NCBI GenBank assembly: GCA_964291625.2 | Contig: OZ220089.1 | Location: 1,504,001 to 1,568,000 of the forward strand | Reading direction: 5' to 3' | Origin: Candidatus Latescibacterota bacterium | Lineage (GTDB): Bacteria; Latescibacterota; UBA2968; UBA8231 | Length of the DNA stretch: 64,000 nucleotides | Part shown: positions 22,383-32,721 of the stretch, piece after piece | Layout of the letters: every line of letters starts with the position of its first letter | Numbering within the stretch: the stretch's first letter is position 1 | Made by a program: the position numbers and the translations under genes | The notes under the pieces: generated by a model | Seen by the model: only the letters and a program-made list of their open reading frames with translations | What the model was told of the DNA's origin: nothing | Databases searched by the model: none

Positions 22383-22962
22383 TCTAGAAAAGACCGGTAC
22401 GAGGGGACAATCGTCCCCTCCCCCATCCGCGCCTTTTTCAACGGACTGCTAGGTCCGGATCGTCCGCTGACTCGACGGTTCCTCCTGCCTTCGACCAGGA
22501 CCACCTCATCTCTTCCGCGTCGTCAGGGTCGATCAATCTCCCTGTGATGACCTGCCCTTGAACCGGAGGATCGGCGTTGTCCAGGGAGATCTCTCCGACG
22601 GTGTTCTGCTTGAGAGTCACGGTGACGGAGTAGGCCTCCGTGGAGGCATGGGTCGCCGTGCTGCCGTTGACGCCCACGGTGTATACGTTAGCGTCGGGGT
22701 CCGTTTCATTGTAGTCCGGTCGACTACTCGTGAAGGTCAGGTCGCCGTTGTCGTCGATCGCGAAATATCCATCGGAGTTGGAGCTCAGTCTCCAGGTCAC
22801 GTCCGATATACTCTCGCCGTCGGAAGTCTCTGCCGCGTACCGGCCAAATGGCCCGCGACCATCCTTGGTAGTAGTCGAGAGTCGTCGGGCCGCGGATGAC
22901 CAGCGCTTGCACGGTAGTCAGTCTCGGCTGGAGAGGAGCGGTGGGCTCGCTCTGGGCGGTAA

Positions 22963-23051
22963 GGCTTTGTCACGAATCAACTGAACTACTGCGGGGCGCC
23001 CTTCGGTCGGCGGAACCTCGACTTATGACTCGTTTATTTGTTCGCGGAGCC
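22963..23051. mobile_element. 89-bp MITE, copy 1
   Basis: GGCTTTGTCACGAA...TTCGCGGAGCC; TAA TSD; near-identical inverted copy at 53589-53677. Confidence 0.88.
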
Positions 23052-24801
23052 TAACCTTCGCCACTGGATGCGCATCGTCGTTGTAGGTCACTGTGGCTCT
23101 GTACTTCCTGTTCAGATACCTGTCGTCGTCTGGCGTAAAGGTGTTGGTGATTTCCCCGTCCACATAGTCACCCGGCCGGCCCTCCATTGTGATCTCCTGC
23201 CATCTCCACCCCACCCTCCTCGGATTATCGCGGTCGTTGAAGGTCGCAACGATTGGCGTGCCAATCCTTGGCGGATCGCCTGTCTGGAGCGTCACGGTGC
23301 CTCGAATGTTCTTCTTGACGTCCACAGACACGTCATAGGACGTTCGACGCTGTGGGTTGATGGTCGCCACGACATCAATGTCGTACGTCCCTGCTGGGGT
23401 GCTGGCTGCATCCGCAAGGGTCAGGCTGCCCTCGTCATCGATGGCAAAGTAGCGGTCGTTGTTGTTGGTCAAGGACCACTCGACGGAGGCTCCTCCGCAG
23501 GTCCCCTCCGGGACCGAGTACTGCCCCAGAGCATTGCCCCGGTGCGTCCAGTGGGTATAGCTGCTCTCCCCTCGACAACTATCGGCACGGGAGGGGCGGG
23601 GAAGTCCCGCGTATAGATGCCGCTCCACCGATAGTGCTCCTCGTCAATGTCACTGTCGCGATCGGCCTTCGTGTCCCTGATGCAGTCGGATTCGCTTCGG
23701 ATGCAGTGACCTGCCTTGACAGCCAGGGTGTAGGTCCTGCCGGGAGACATGGGCCACTCCTCCACTTGGCCCGGTCTCCACCACCTGTCATAGGGGTCGA
23801 CATCGATGGAATCAATAGCCTCCCAGAATTCCACACCCCGCGGCTTCCAGGTGCCTGAGGAGGGGATGTGCTGCTGGGGGTCTCCGCCATGACAGTCTAC
23901 CGAATTCACTTTGAGGAATACCATCGAAATGGGAGGGTTCTGGTCTTGCTCGCCTCCCAATTTGATTGCCACTTTGGCGCGGCTGTTGCTAAGGCATCGC
24001 GCAGAAATAAACGCTGTTCTTTTTGATGGAGGGGTGTTATCTTTGAAGCGTGGACACGGAGAGCACCCTGCGGGCGAAATGCGAAGCCCTGGCGCCGATG
24101 TTGAACGAGCGCACCCGGCGCTTGTGGGCCGCGTCGGAGGCGCAAGCCCTGGGGCATGGCGGCATTGCCGTGGTGGCCCGGGCGACGGGCCTGTCGCGGA
24201 CCCGGATCGCTCGCGGCCTGCAGGAACTGCGGTCGGACGCCCCCCCGGCCGTGTGCGCCGACCGGGCGGCGGCCGCAAGCGGCGCGTCGATACCGACGTC
24301 ACGCTGTTGTCGGACCTCAACGCCCTGGTCGAGCCGGTCACCGCCGGGGCGCCGGACGACAGTCCCCTGCGATGGACGTCGAAGAGCACCCGCAAGTTGG
24401 CGGTCGAGTTGCAGGCCTTGGGCCATTCGGTAAGTCCTCGCCTCGTCAGCGGACTGTTGCACGAGCTCGGCTACACGCTGCAGGCGAATCGCAAGACGAG
24501 AGAAGGCACCCAACACCCGGATCGGGACGCCCAGTTTCACTATCTCAACGACCAGGTCCGAAGGGCCCAGGCCCAAGGCCAGCCGGTCATTTGTCAAGGG
24601 ACACCCAGATTCGCGCAGTTAGGGGACACCCAGATTCGCGCACCCCGGATGGTCGGGGTTGGTGGTACCGGATCGGTTTCCCTCCCTCCGGAGGTGAGGC
24701 GTGGCACCGGGCGCGGGGGTCTTCAATGCACCCCGGGGCGGAGCCCCCGCTCCCACGAAGGGCCCCTCTTCGAAGAGGCCTGGCGGTGAACGACGTACGG
24801 G

Positions 24802-25581
24802 TCATCGGTCCTGGGCGAGCTGCTGCTCCATGTCCCGGAGGCGGAAGCTGCGGCCGTCGATCTGCAGTACATGGCAGTAGTGCAGCAGGCGGTCCAGGAT
24901 GGCCGTGGCCAGGACCTCGTCGCCGGCCAGCATCTCCGGCCATTCGCGGATGCTCTTGTTGGAGGTGATCAGGGTGCTGCCGCGCTCGTATCGATGGTTG
25001 ATGACCTTGAACAGCAGGTGGGCCTGGTGCCGGTCCAGGGCCTGGAAGCCGAGCTCGTCGATGATCAGCAGACTGGTGGTCATGTACTTGCGCCGGTGCA
25101 GCCGCGAGCCGTCGGCGGTTTCGTCGCGGCGGACCACGTCGACGAGGTCGTCGGCGCTCATGAAGGCCACGGAGAAACCGTTCTGCACCGCCTTGACGCC
25201 CAGCCCGGCCGCCAGGTGGGACTTGCCCACGCCCGGGGGGCCCAACAACAGCACCACCTCCTTGCGGCGCACGAACTCGGAGGTAGCCAGCAGGTCGATC
25301 TGGCTCTTGTCGACGCTGGTCTGGAAGGCGAAGTCGAAGGTGTCCAGGGTCTTGCCTCCTGGCAGGCCGGAGAGCTTGAGGCCGGTGCGCACGCGGCGCT
25401 CCTCCCGCGACTCCTGCTCCCGCTGGCAGACCAGGTGCAGGAACTTGGGCAGGCTCAGCTCTTCCTTGACGGCCCGCTCCAGCAACTCCGGCAGGCACTG
25501 GGACACCCACTCCAGGCCCAGGTGCGTCAGCAGGGTGCGGGTGTCGTCCAGCTCGCTCTGCGAGGGGGGACGGGCGGCCAT
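24802..25581 (-). CDS. istB: IS21 helper ATPase
   Basis: GPPGVGKSHLA, LLIIDELG, RYERGS..ITSN, AILDRLLH. Confidence 0.93.
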   Translation of the reverse strand: MAARPPSQSELDDTRTLLTHLGLEWVSQCLPELLERAVKEELSLPKFLHLVCQREQESREERRVRTGLKLSGLPGGKTLDTFDFAFQTSVDKSQIDLLATSEFVRRKEVVLLLGPPGVGKSHLAAGLGVKAVQNGFSVAFMSADDLVDVVRRDETADGSRLHRRKYMTTSLLIIDELGFQALDRHQAHLLFKVINHRYERGSTLITSNKSIREWPEMLAGDEVLATAILDRLLHYCHVLQIDGRSFRLRDMEQQLAQDR

Positions 25582-26882
25582 CAGCCCCGCCTCCCGGCGC
25601 GTTCCACCAGCGCCGCGTAGCCGTCGAGGGGCCGAGTGGGCGCCTGCCAGTCCCAACTCTTGGGCAGCACGATCTGCTGGGCCAAGCGCCCCAGGGGCGT
25701 GGGCGCCTCGAGATGATCCGGCGGCGCCCCCTCGTAACAGCGTTGATCGATGAGACGGCGACAGGCCGTATGGCGCGGATAGCTCATCACACAGCGGTCC
25801 TCGACGTAGATCTCGACCGTGGCGGCGCAGCCGCGCACCTGCACGGCGCGGCCCACCCAGGCGAAGGGCACGCCGTATTCGCGGCCGTCGAAGCGCACCA
25901 AGCCGTCGCGGCCCACGTCTCGCTGCACCTGCGTGTCGAAGGGGGTGGGCAAGGTTTCCGGCAGCGGCGCCAGGTGAGGCCGCTCCACCTGCCAGGACTC
26001 GGCCACCGACTGGCCGGTCAGCGGACAGCGCAGGCGCTCGGCCGACTCGAGCACCCGCAGATCGGACGCCGTCTGCAACTCGGCCAGGGTCTCGAAGCGC
26101 TCGTTGCGCCGGATCAGATTCCAGCGCACATCGCGCACCCGCCGCTCGACCTTGCCCTTGTCGGTGGGCCGGCGGATCCGGCAGGCGTCCGGCACGAAGC
26201 CCAGCGGCCGGGCGTAGGCGGCGTAGTCGTCGTTGAGGATCGCCCACGGCCCGCCGCGGCGGACCACGGCGGTCTTGCAGTTGTCGAAGCGCACGCTCCA
26301 GGGCACCCCCTGTACCGCCTCGAAGGCGCGATTGTGCGCCTCCTGCCAGGACAGCTGGCCCTGGTCGAGCCGCCACTGCACCGACCACATGCGCGAAAAG
26401 CTGAGCGACAGGCTGAAGGCGCTCAGCCGCGTGCGACCACCCAGCTCGCGCACCTGCACCCAGGGCTCGACCCAGTCCACCTGCGCCTGGCTGCCCGGCC
26501 GCACCTCCACCCGACGCAGCGGGCGCACCTTCGGCGGCGGCCGGCGTCGCCGCACATAGCGGGCCACCGCCTTGTAGGTCCCCCGGTAGCCGTGCTCGCG
26601 GACCAGGGTGTCGTAGAGGGCCCGCACCGGCTCCGGCCGCTGGCCCTCTTGCACACGCTCTTGCTGTCCCTGGATCCACGCCTGAATCACCCCGTCATGG
26701 GCCGAACAGGCCTCCGGCTTGCACCGACGGCCGTCCTCCGCCCCCTCGGCTCGACGCTTGAGCCGGTAGCGAAGGGTGCTCTCGGCGACCCCCAACTCCT
26801 GGGCCGCCGAGCGAACGCTGTGACCGCACTCGGCGGTCAGGACTTGCGCACACACCAGATCTCTCTCCCGCAACTTGGTCAT
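25581..26882 (-). CDS. istA: IS21 transposase
   Basis: PG.QAQVDW, FDNCKTAV, KGKVER. Confidence 0.93.
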   Translation of the reverse strand: MTKLRERDLVCAQVLTAECGHSVRSAAQELGVAESTLRYRLKRRAEGAEDGRRCKPEACSAHDGVIQAWIQGQQERVQEGQRPEPVRALYDTLVREHGYRGTYKAVARYVRRRRPPPKVRPLRRVEVRPGSQAQVDWVEPWVQVRELGGRTRLSAFSLSLSFSRMWSVQWRLDQGQLSWQEAHNRAFEAVQGVPWSVRFDNCKTAVVRRGGPWAILNDDYAAYARPLGFVPDACRIRRPTDKGKVERRVRDVRWNLIRRNERFETLAELQTASDLRVLESAERLRCPLTGQSVAESWQVERPHLAPLPETLPTPFDTQVQRDVGRDGLVRFDGREYGVPFAWVGRAVQVRGCAATVEIYVEDRCVMSYPRHTACRRLIDQRCYEGAPPDHLEAPTPLGRLAQQIVLPKSWDWQAPTRPLDGYAALVERAGRRG

Positions 26883-27814
26883 GCCCGGCCCCCTTGCCTG
26901 AGGAACGATTCCTCCAAGGATGGCGCCGAGCGACGGATCGCGGGGTGCGCGAAAGTAGATGTCCCTTAAGAGCGAAAATCGGTGGATTCCTTACATCATT
27001 TCGGTGGACACCAAGAAGAAGGAGCTGATCGGCGACTTCAAGAACGGGGGTCGAGCCTGGCGTCCGAAGGGCGATCCGGAACGCGTGAAGGTCCACGACT
27101 TCCTCATCCCCACCCAGGGCAAGGCGATTCCCTACGGGGTCTACGACCTGAGCCGCAACGAGGGCTGGGTCAGCGTTGGGGTCGACCACGACACCGCCCA
27201 CTTCGCGGTGAACACCATCCGCAGCTGGTGGCAACGCATGGGACGCCCGGCCTACCCGGCGGCCTCGCACCTGTGGATCACGGCCGATGCGGGGGGCAGC
27301 AACGGCCCGAGACTGCGATTGTGGAAATGGGAATTGCAGCGCTTTGCCGATCGCACGGGCCTGACGATCACCGGCTGTCACTATCCTCCGGGCACGAGCA
27401 AGTGGAACCGCATCGAGCATCGCCTGTTCTCCTATATCGCCAAGAACTGGCGAGGCCAGCCGTTGGTCAGTCTGGCCACGGTGGTCAACCTGATCGGCCG
27501 GACGACCACGACGAAAGGGCTTCGAGTGCGCTCGGAGATCGACAAGCGATCGTATCCCAAAGCTGTGGTCGTCAAGGACGAGCAAATGGAGCGGATCGAT
27601 CTCTTGCCGCATGAGTTTCACGGGGACTGGAACTACACGATCCGGCCCACATCGGCCAGCCGAAGTGAATCATCTGTTTCGTGACAAAGCCCTAGTCCTC
27701 CCTGTAGGATAGCTGTATGGAGGGATTTTCTTGCCTACTGAACTACCTGCTACACTTCTAAATGCTCTTTGAACTGATTCCGCGGCCGGATTGTTGAAGA
27801 AGTTCTTCGACCCA

Positions 27815-27982
27815 TCAAATTAACGAGGAGAAATGTGATGGAATTTCCAGCACCGTAATCGTTTGGAGGAAGGGTGTTTCTGCTTTGTGGTCACGGCTGG
27901 AGACGCTAAGATTGAGAACCCTCTTTGCGTTCTCTCTGATGGCCTCGCGGCTCTCTTTGATGGCTTCGCTTAGGTCGGTCAT
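27815..27982 (-). CDS. Small ORF (55 aa) or frameshifted start of the shattered gene
   Basis: AAGGAG RBS 6 nt before ATG; MTDLSEAIKESREAIRENAKRVL. Confidence 0.35.
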   Translation of the reverse strand: MTDLSEAIKESREAIRENAKRVLNLSVSSRDHKAETPFLQTITVLEIPSHFSSLI

Positions 27983-28092
27983 GTATAACTCCTTGAGTTA
28001 AGGTTATTTCAGCGGAGGAGAAGAAGGGAAGGGACCTCCCAAGGGAAGGCACCAGAGGTCCCCGGATCAGCCCCTTCTCCCCCTCCGATCAA

Positions 28093-28626
28093 TCAGGGGT
28101 CGAGGATCTTCGTCCTCGTGCAGTTTGGTTCAGGATTCACCCACTCCCCGTCATAGTAGTAGGTGGTCCCGTTCTTGTCCTCCGAGTCGTTGGAGATCAG
28201 CAGTGCGTCGTTGTGGCACTTGATCCCCGCCGCGGAGAAGTCGAACGTTGCGCACTCGGCTACGGCATCCCCTCTTTCCCATACGTCGTCAGGGCAGTCG
28301 GATTCCTTGGACGTGCACTGAGGCTCGTATCTCGGGTCCCCGTCGAGGCGGGCGATAACCTCGGTGGTTGTCCACTCTCTGGTGTGGTAGTGGTAGTACA
28401 GAGCTTTGCCCCGGCCCACTCCGTCGTGCGGCACCGGGAGCACCTTGTACACGTCTTTCCGCTCCCACCGGGTGTCTATCACGGTTTGAGACGGGAACTT
28501 GCAGCCCCAGCAGTCATACAGCTTCTTGGGCGTCCCGATCCTGTGCTTGTAGCCGTGTCCCTCGGCCTCCTTGACCGCCAGCCCCAGGACCGCGACCACC
28601 AGCCCGACGACGATAGTGATTCTCAT
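28093..28626 (-). CDS. Secreted Cys/His/Tyr-rich protein; predicted mature N-terminus His-Gly
   Basis: Signal peptide ending AEG|HG; HYHTREWTT; paralogue of 29223-29732. Confidence 0.8.
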   Translation of the reverse strand: MRITIVVGLVVAVLGLAVKEAEGHGYKHRIGTPKKLYDCWGCKFPSQTVIDTRWERKDVYKVLPVPHDGVGRGKALYYHYHTREWTTTEVIARLDGDPRYEPQCTSKESDCPDDVWERGDAVAECATFDFSAAGIKCHNDALLISNDSEDKNGTTYYYDGEWVNPEPNCTRTKILDP

Positions 28627-28647
28627 GCTTTCCTCCCTGCGAGTGAG

Positions 28648-29226
28648 TTAGAACGAAAAGAACGCCTCAGTCCTCGCCCCTCCTAAAGCAAGGCTAAAGA
28701 TGGTTCGCACGATGTCTCGGCCGTCCCTGGGCCGGTTCATCCTGGTGTAACGCAAGGACACTCCTTTCTGAGTCCGCAGGCCGACCCGGTTGAAGGGCCT
28801 CCAGGCTACCCCGATCCCTGTTCCGCACCCCAAAATCAAGGTGCTGCCCTTTAGCTCTCCTTCGCTGGTGTGTCGGCTACTCCTTTCGGATAAGCTGACG
28901 AACCAGAAGGGTTTGATTTTGCCCTTGCCCTCCCGGTAGCGGTGGTGGATCAGGCTTATCTCTGCGCTGACCCTACCGGCTTCGAGGTCTCCGATCTCCT
29001 CTTTCACCCACTCCCCTTCTGGCCCCGTGGTGACCTGTGATACCTCACCCTGGCTGCTGGAGATCAACCCTCCTATTTCCAGTCCCCAGGCCGAGCTACC
29101 GCTGCTCCTCCAGACGCTGACCTTGTCCATGTCAGGTACGGTCAGCCCAAGAGCATACTTATCCTCCGGCTCGGCATCGGCCCAGGTGAAGGCCAATGCC
29201 GAGCCTACGAAGATGAGCCTTTTCAC
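28648..29226 (-). CDS. Putative small outer-membrane beta-barrel
   Basis: GTG start overlaps the upstream stop; short signal; alternating beta strands; ends in AFFSF. Confidence 0.65.
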   Translation of the reverse strand: MKRLIFVGSALAFTWADAEPEDKYALGLTVPDMDKVSVWRSSGSSAWGLEIGGLISSSQGEVSQVTTGPEGEWVKEEIGDLEAGRVSAEISLIHHRYREGKGKIKPFWFVSLSERSSRHTSEGELKGSTLILGCGTGIGVAWRPFNRVGLRTQKGVSLRYTRMNRPRDGRDIVRTIFSLALGGARTEAFFSF

Positions 29227-29732
29227 GAGGTCTTGCGCACATACCAGCAGGGGTAGTAGTGGTGGTAATAGTAGTAGTCGTAGCCGGAGATTCCGTCGTC
29301 CACGGGCAGGTAGGTTTCTTCCGGGTAACCGTCCTGGCAATTCGTGTCGTTGTAGAAGCAGTAGCCGAGGGAGTTCCCATACGGCTTTTTGACCTTCTCG
29401 TCCGCGCACTTGCTCTCCCACACGTCACAGTCGTAGGAGTAGCGGGGGTGGGGATAGGTGAAGTCCTGGGAGGTTGTCCACTCGGATACGTGGTAGTGGT
29501 TGACCGGATTGACGGCCTTGCTGTGGGTGTCGCCGCCGGGGTCCTCGCTGTACAGGTTGGATCTCTTCCAGGTGGTTGTCACCCGGTAGATGGAGAGCCC
29601 GCTTACGCAGGCCTCTCTTTCTCCGATCTTCTGCTTCTCCCCCTTCCTGACCAGTGATCCGTGCCCGTAAACGTCACTGACGATCAGGACGCATCCGAGC
29701 AGAAGGAGTCCCGCCAAAATCTTGCAGCGCAT
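29223..29732 (-). CDS. Secreted Cys/His/Tyr-rich protein; predicted mature N-terminus His-Gly
   Basis: Signal peptide ending VYG|HG; HYHVSEWTT; AAGGAG RBS. Confidence 0.8.
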   Translation of the reverse strand: MRCKILAGLLLLGCVLIVSDVYGHGSLVRKGEKQKIGEREACVSGLSIYRVTTTWKRSNLYSEDPGGDTHSKAVNPVNHYHVSEWTTSQDFTYPHPRYSYDCDVWESKCADEKVKKPYGNSLGYCFYNDTNCQDGYPEETYLPVDDGISGYDYYYYHHYYPCWYVRKTS

Positions 29733-29872
29733 GATTCTACTCCTTGAGAGGAGCCCACTCGTCAGTGAGCTTCTCGATGATGAAGAATTTTGCCTCGAAA
29801 GACTTGCTGATCTCCGAGGCGGATTTGCGGCACTTGTCGATGGTGCCGCATGCTAGGGGTCTCTGCGGAACG

Positions 29873-31442
29873 TGTCAATGCGAATGAGACACTTCGGTTG
29901 ATAGTTTACTGTCCTCCTTCGGCTCGCATTCGATGGTCTTCGGAGGCGGGTTGATCCACACTTCGGCCGGGAGTTCGGGCGCCTGGGGCGGCCCCTGGAC
30001 GAAGCGCTCGGGATGGCGTGCGTAGGCGTCCTCGAGGACGCGTTGCCGTTCGGCCTGGAGCGAGCCGGCCCGGCCTTGATGGACGGCTTCCGGGGTCAGC
30101 AGGCCGAGTCCGCTGTGGCGATGTTGGGTGTTGTACCAGGGAAAGAACGAGCGGCAGTAGGTTCGAGCCTGCTCCGGGTCGGCAAAGCGGCCCGGGTAGG
30201 TGCGGGCGTATTTGACCGTTTTGAACTGACTTTCCGAATACGGGTTGTCGTCGGCGGTGCGCGGCCGGCTGTAGCTGGCCCGGATGTCGAGATCGACGAG
30301 CAGCTGCGAGAAGCTCTTGGCCGTCATGGGGGCGCCCCGGTCCTGGTGCAGGGTCAGTTGCCCCGGCGCGATCCCTTGCCGGTGGCAAGCGGCCTCGACC
30401 AGGCGCCGGGCGCGGCCGGCGCTTTCCCCGGTGGCCACCATCCAGGCCACGACGTAGCGCGAAAACAGATCCAGCACCACGTAGAGCGGATACGTCTCCC
30501 CTCGACGCGGACCGGCCAGGCGGGTGATGTCCCACGTCCAGATCTGGTTGGGGGCCGTGGCCACCAGCCGCGGCGGCTCGGCCCGGGGGTGGCGGCGTTG
30601 GCGGCGACGTTCCCGCACCTCGCCGGCGTCGTGCAGCAGACGATACATCGTGCGCACAGAGCACAGGTAGCGGCCTTCCTCCAGCAGGCTCGCGTAGACG
30701 GCGGCCTGACGGCGGCCGGGGCCTGATCGACGAACCGGTCTTCGTGCAGGGTCGCCAGCACCTGGGCGCGTTCGGCCGGCGCCAGGGCGCGAGGCGAACG
30801 GCGCGGGGCCGGACCCGGCCGGGCCCCCGGCCGCTGGCGGTGCCGGTAGATCGAGGCCCGGGGCACCCCCAGAGCCCGGCACGCCGGCGCCACCCCGACC
30901 AAGGGCGCCAACTGTTCGACCGCGGCTCTCATTCGTCGTCGGCGTTGGCGGGCCGGTTCAGGGGGATCCCCAGGATCTCGGAGGCTTTTTTTGGATCTCG
31001 AGAATCGCCTGGGCCTGCGCCAGACGCCGCTGCAGGCGGGCGTTCTCCTGGCGCAGCCGCTCGTTCTCGCGGGCCACCGGGTCGCGGCGACGGCCCTGGG
31101 GCCCCCGGGGTTTGGCCAGGGCCTGCAACGAGCCTTCCCGGCGCGCCCGCCGCCAGGCGGTCAGCTGCGAAGAATACAGGCCCTCGCGGCGCAGCAAGGC
31201 GCCGACCTCGCCCGGCGCCCGGCAGGCCTCGGCTTCTTCCAGGATCCGCAGTTTGTATTGGGCACTGAAGCGACGGCGCTTGGCCCTCTCCGGCACTTCC
31301 GAATCCGGAGCGGGCGCCGCCTTGGAGGGCCCTCCAGGGACCCTGGCTCCCTTCGACCATTGTCCGTGCTCATCCTTGCTCTCCTTGCCGCCCTCCAACA
31401 ATACTAAACTCGGATGGCAAAGTGTCTCACTCTATACTGGCA
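29873..31442 (-). mobile_element. IS3-family IS; orfAB slippery site, orfB broken by an 11-bp duplication
   Basis: TG...CA ends with GAGACACTT in both TIRs; A7G site at ~30985-30992; WTWDIT, HQDRG, DNPYSES; duplicated ggccgccgtc at ~30700-30720. Confidence 0.88.
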
Positions 31443-31730
31443 CGTAGGGCTGGTCGCCGACAACATCGTGCGCCTCGCGCGCCTGCTGTGCCGAACGCGG
31501 TACCAGCCTGCCGAAGGCCAAGCGAATCCTCTCGGCCTCCTCGGCTTTCCATTAGGAATAATACCCTACGGATATGTGATTCTTGTGTGCCTTCCGGGGG
31601 GGCAGGGGATGTTTTCTTGTGTGTCTCGGGCCTATTTTTCAAACGGATTCGACCCCTTCACCCCGAATCAGATCCCGGACCGAGGCGAGCAACATATGAG
31701 ACCTGCGGGCACCTTAGGCGATTGCTATAG

Positions 31731-32721
31731 CGGGGATTCGGGACGTATGCGTATATTTTCCAGTGACTTGCTGTCGGTGGCCGCCTCCCCCGCCGGCTCC
31801 CCCGCCTTGACGAAGGAGGGGGGCGATGACCGCGATTCTCTCTCTGGCGCCCTTTCAGCAGCGGCAGCTGTGGGAGCGCTTCCGAGATCACACGCACGAA
31901 GCCCTGGATGCGTTGCCGGATCGGCTGGAGGCGGGCATGACCCAACCCGACGGTCTCCCAAGAGCGCGCCGGACTCACCGCAGCCCTGGTGGAGGCCTTC
32001 GTCGAACGCCGCCATGGCCCGTGGCTGACGCAACAAGAGGCTGCTTGCCCGAGTGTGAGCGCCTCCTGCCCGCGCGTCCATCGCGCTCGCGCACGGTCGA
32101 GACGCTGCTCGGGCCGGTGACCTTGGAGCGTCCCTATTTCTACTGCCCGGCCTGTCACCACGGGTTCTATCCGCTGGACGAGGCCTTGGCCCTGTCGGGG
32201 CACCGCAAGCAGGGGGACGTGCAGCAGGCCGGGGTCAAGCTGGTGCTGGAGATGTCCCACCAGCGCGCCTCGAAGCTGTTGGACGAGCTCACGGACGCGT
32301 CGGTGAGCGACAGTGTGATTCACGGGTGCTGCAACAGACCGGGGCGTTGGACGTGCTGCAGGTGTGTCCGGACGCGGCCGACATCCAGGATCGCATTGCG
32401 CAAGCGGCCGCCGGCCGCAAGTGGCGGCCGATCGTGGTGTTGGCCATCGACGCGGCCGACGTGCCCAGTCGTCCCGAAACCGCCAAAGGGACGCGTCCCG
32501 GGCGCAAGAAGAGCCGGGCCCGGCGAAAGCGCTGGCAGGGGGAATACCGCGAGGCCAAGGGGTTTCGCTTCTACCTAGTCGACGAAGTGACCCTGGCCCG
32601 CCTGTTCTGCGGCGAGGCGACGGGCGTGGTCTGGGGTCTGCAGCGCATGCAGCCGGTCTCGGACGAGGCCGAAGAGGCGATCGGAACGGCCCTGACGTAC
32701 CTGCACAAGCGGCTGCACCAA
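31731..32721 (+). mobile_element. Degenerate ISKra4-like transposase remnant
   Basis: VETLLG.V.LERPYFYCPAC.HGFYPLDEAL, AIDAA, EAKG; frameshifts and deletions. Confidence 0.7.

Larger units (their letters stand above)
19558..22448 (-). mobile_element. IS1182/IS5-like element with ISL3 nested in its upstream end
   Basis: TIRs CAGGCCGTTGATAA / CAGTCCGTTGAAAA; CTAG duplication at 19554-57 and 22449-52. Confidence 0.88.
24592..26995 (-). mobile_element. IS21-family IS nested in ISAzo13
   Basis: TG...CA ends; repeated GGGACACCCAGATTCGCGCA near the end; 5-bp TSD TCATT. Confidence 0.93.
23992..27691 (+). mobile_element. ISAzo13-family IS; transposase frameshifted (~24245) and split by IS21
   Basis: LNERTRRLWAA, PLRWTSKS, HPDRDAQF, QPVI|SVDTKKKE, DAGGSNG, PGTSKWNRIEHRLF; right end TTTCGTGACAAAGCC. 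Confidence 0.88.
19029..27814 (-). pseudogene. Shattered giant surface protein (cadherin/Ig repeats, FlgD-Ig C-terminus), paralogue of 53972-63817
   Basis: Pieces at 19029-19557, 22449-22962, 23052-23991 and probably 27692-27814 rejoin after IS/MITE removal (e.g. ...DDPDL|VGPAYTP..., ...PVAKV|TAQ...); further frameshifts; C-terminus PNPFNP...WDG...GVYLWRL. Confidence 0.8.

Noticed and set aside
24592-24655. CRISPR-like direct repeats
   Set aside because: Two adjacent repeats with no spacer, at an IS21 end; these are transposase-binding repeats. No array or cas genes are seen in the window
31443-31730. Possible IS5-like transposase tail (VGLVADNIVRLARL) next to the IS3 element
   Set aside because: Too short, and no matching TIR or TSD could be established
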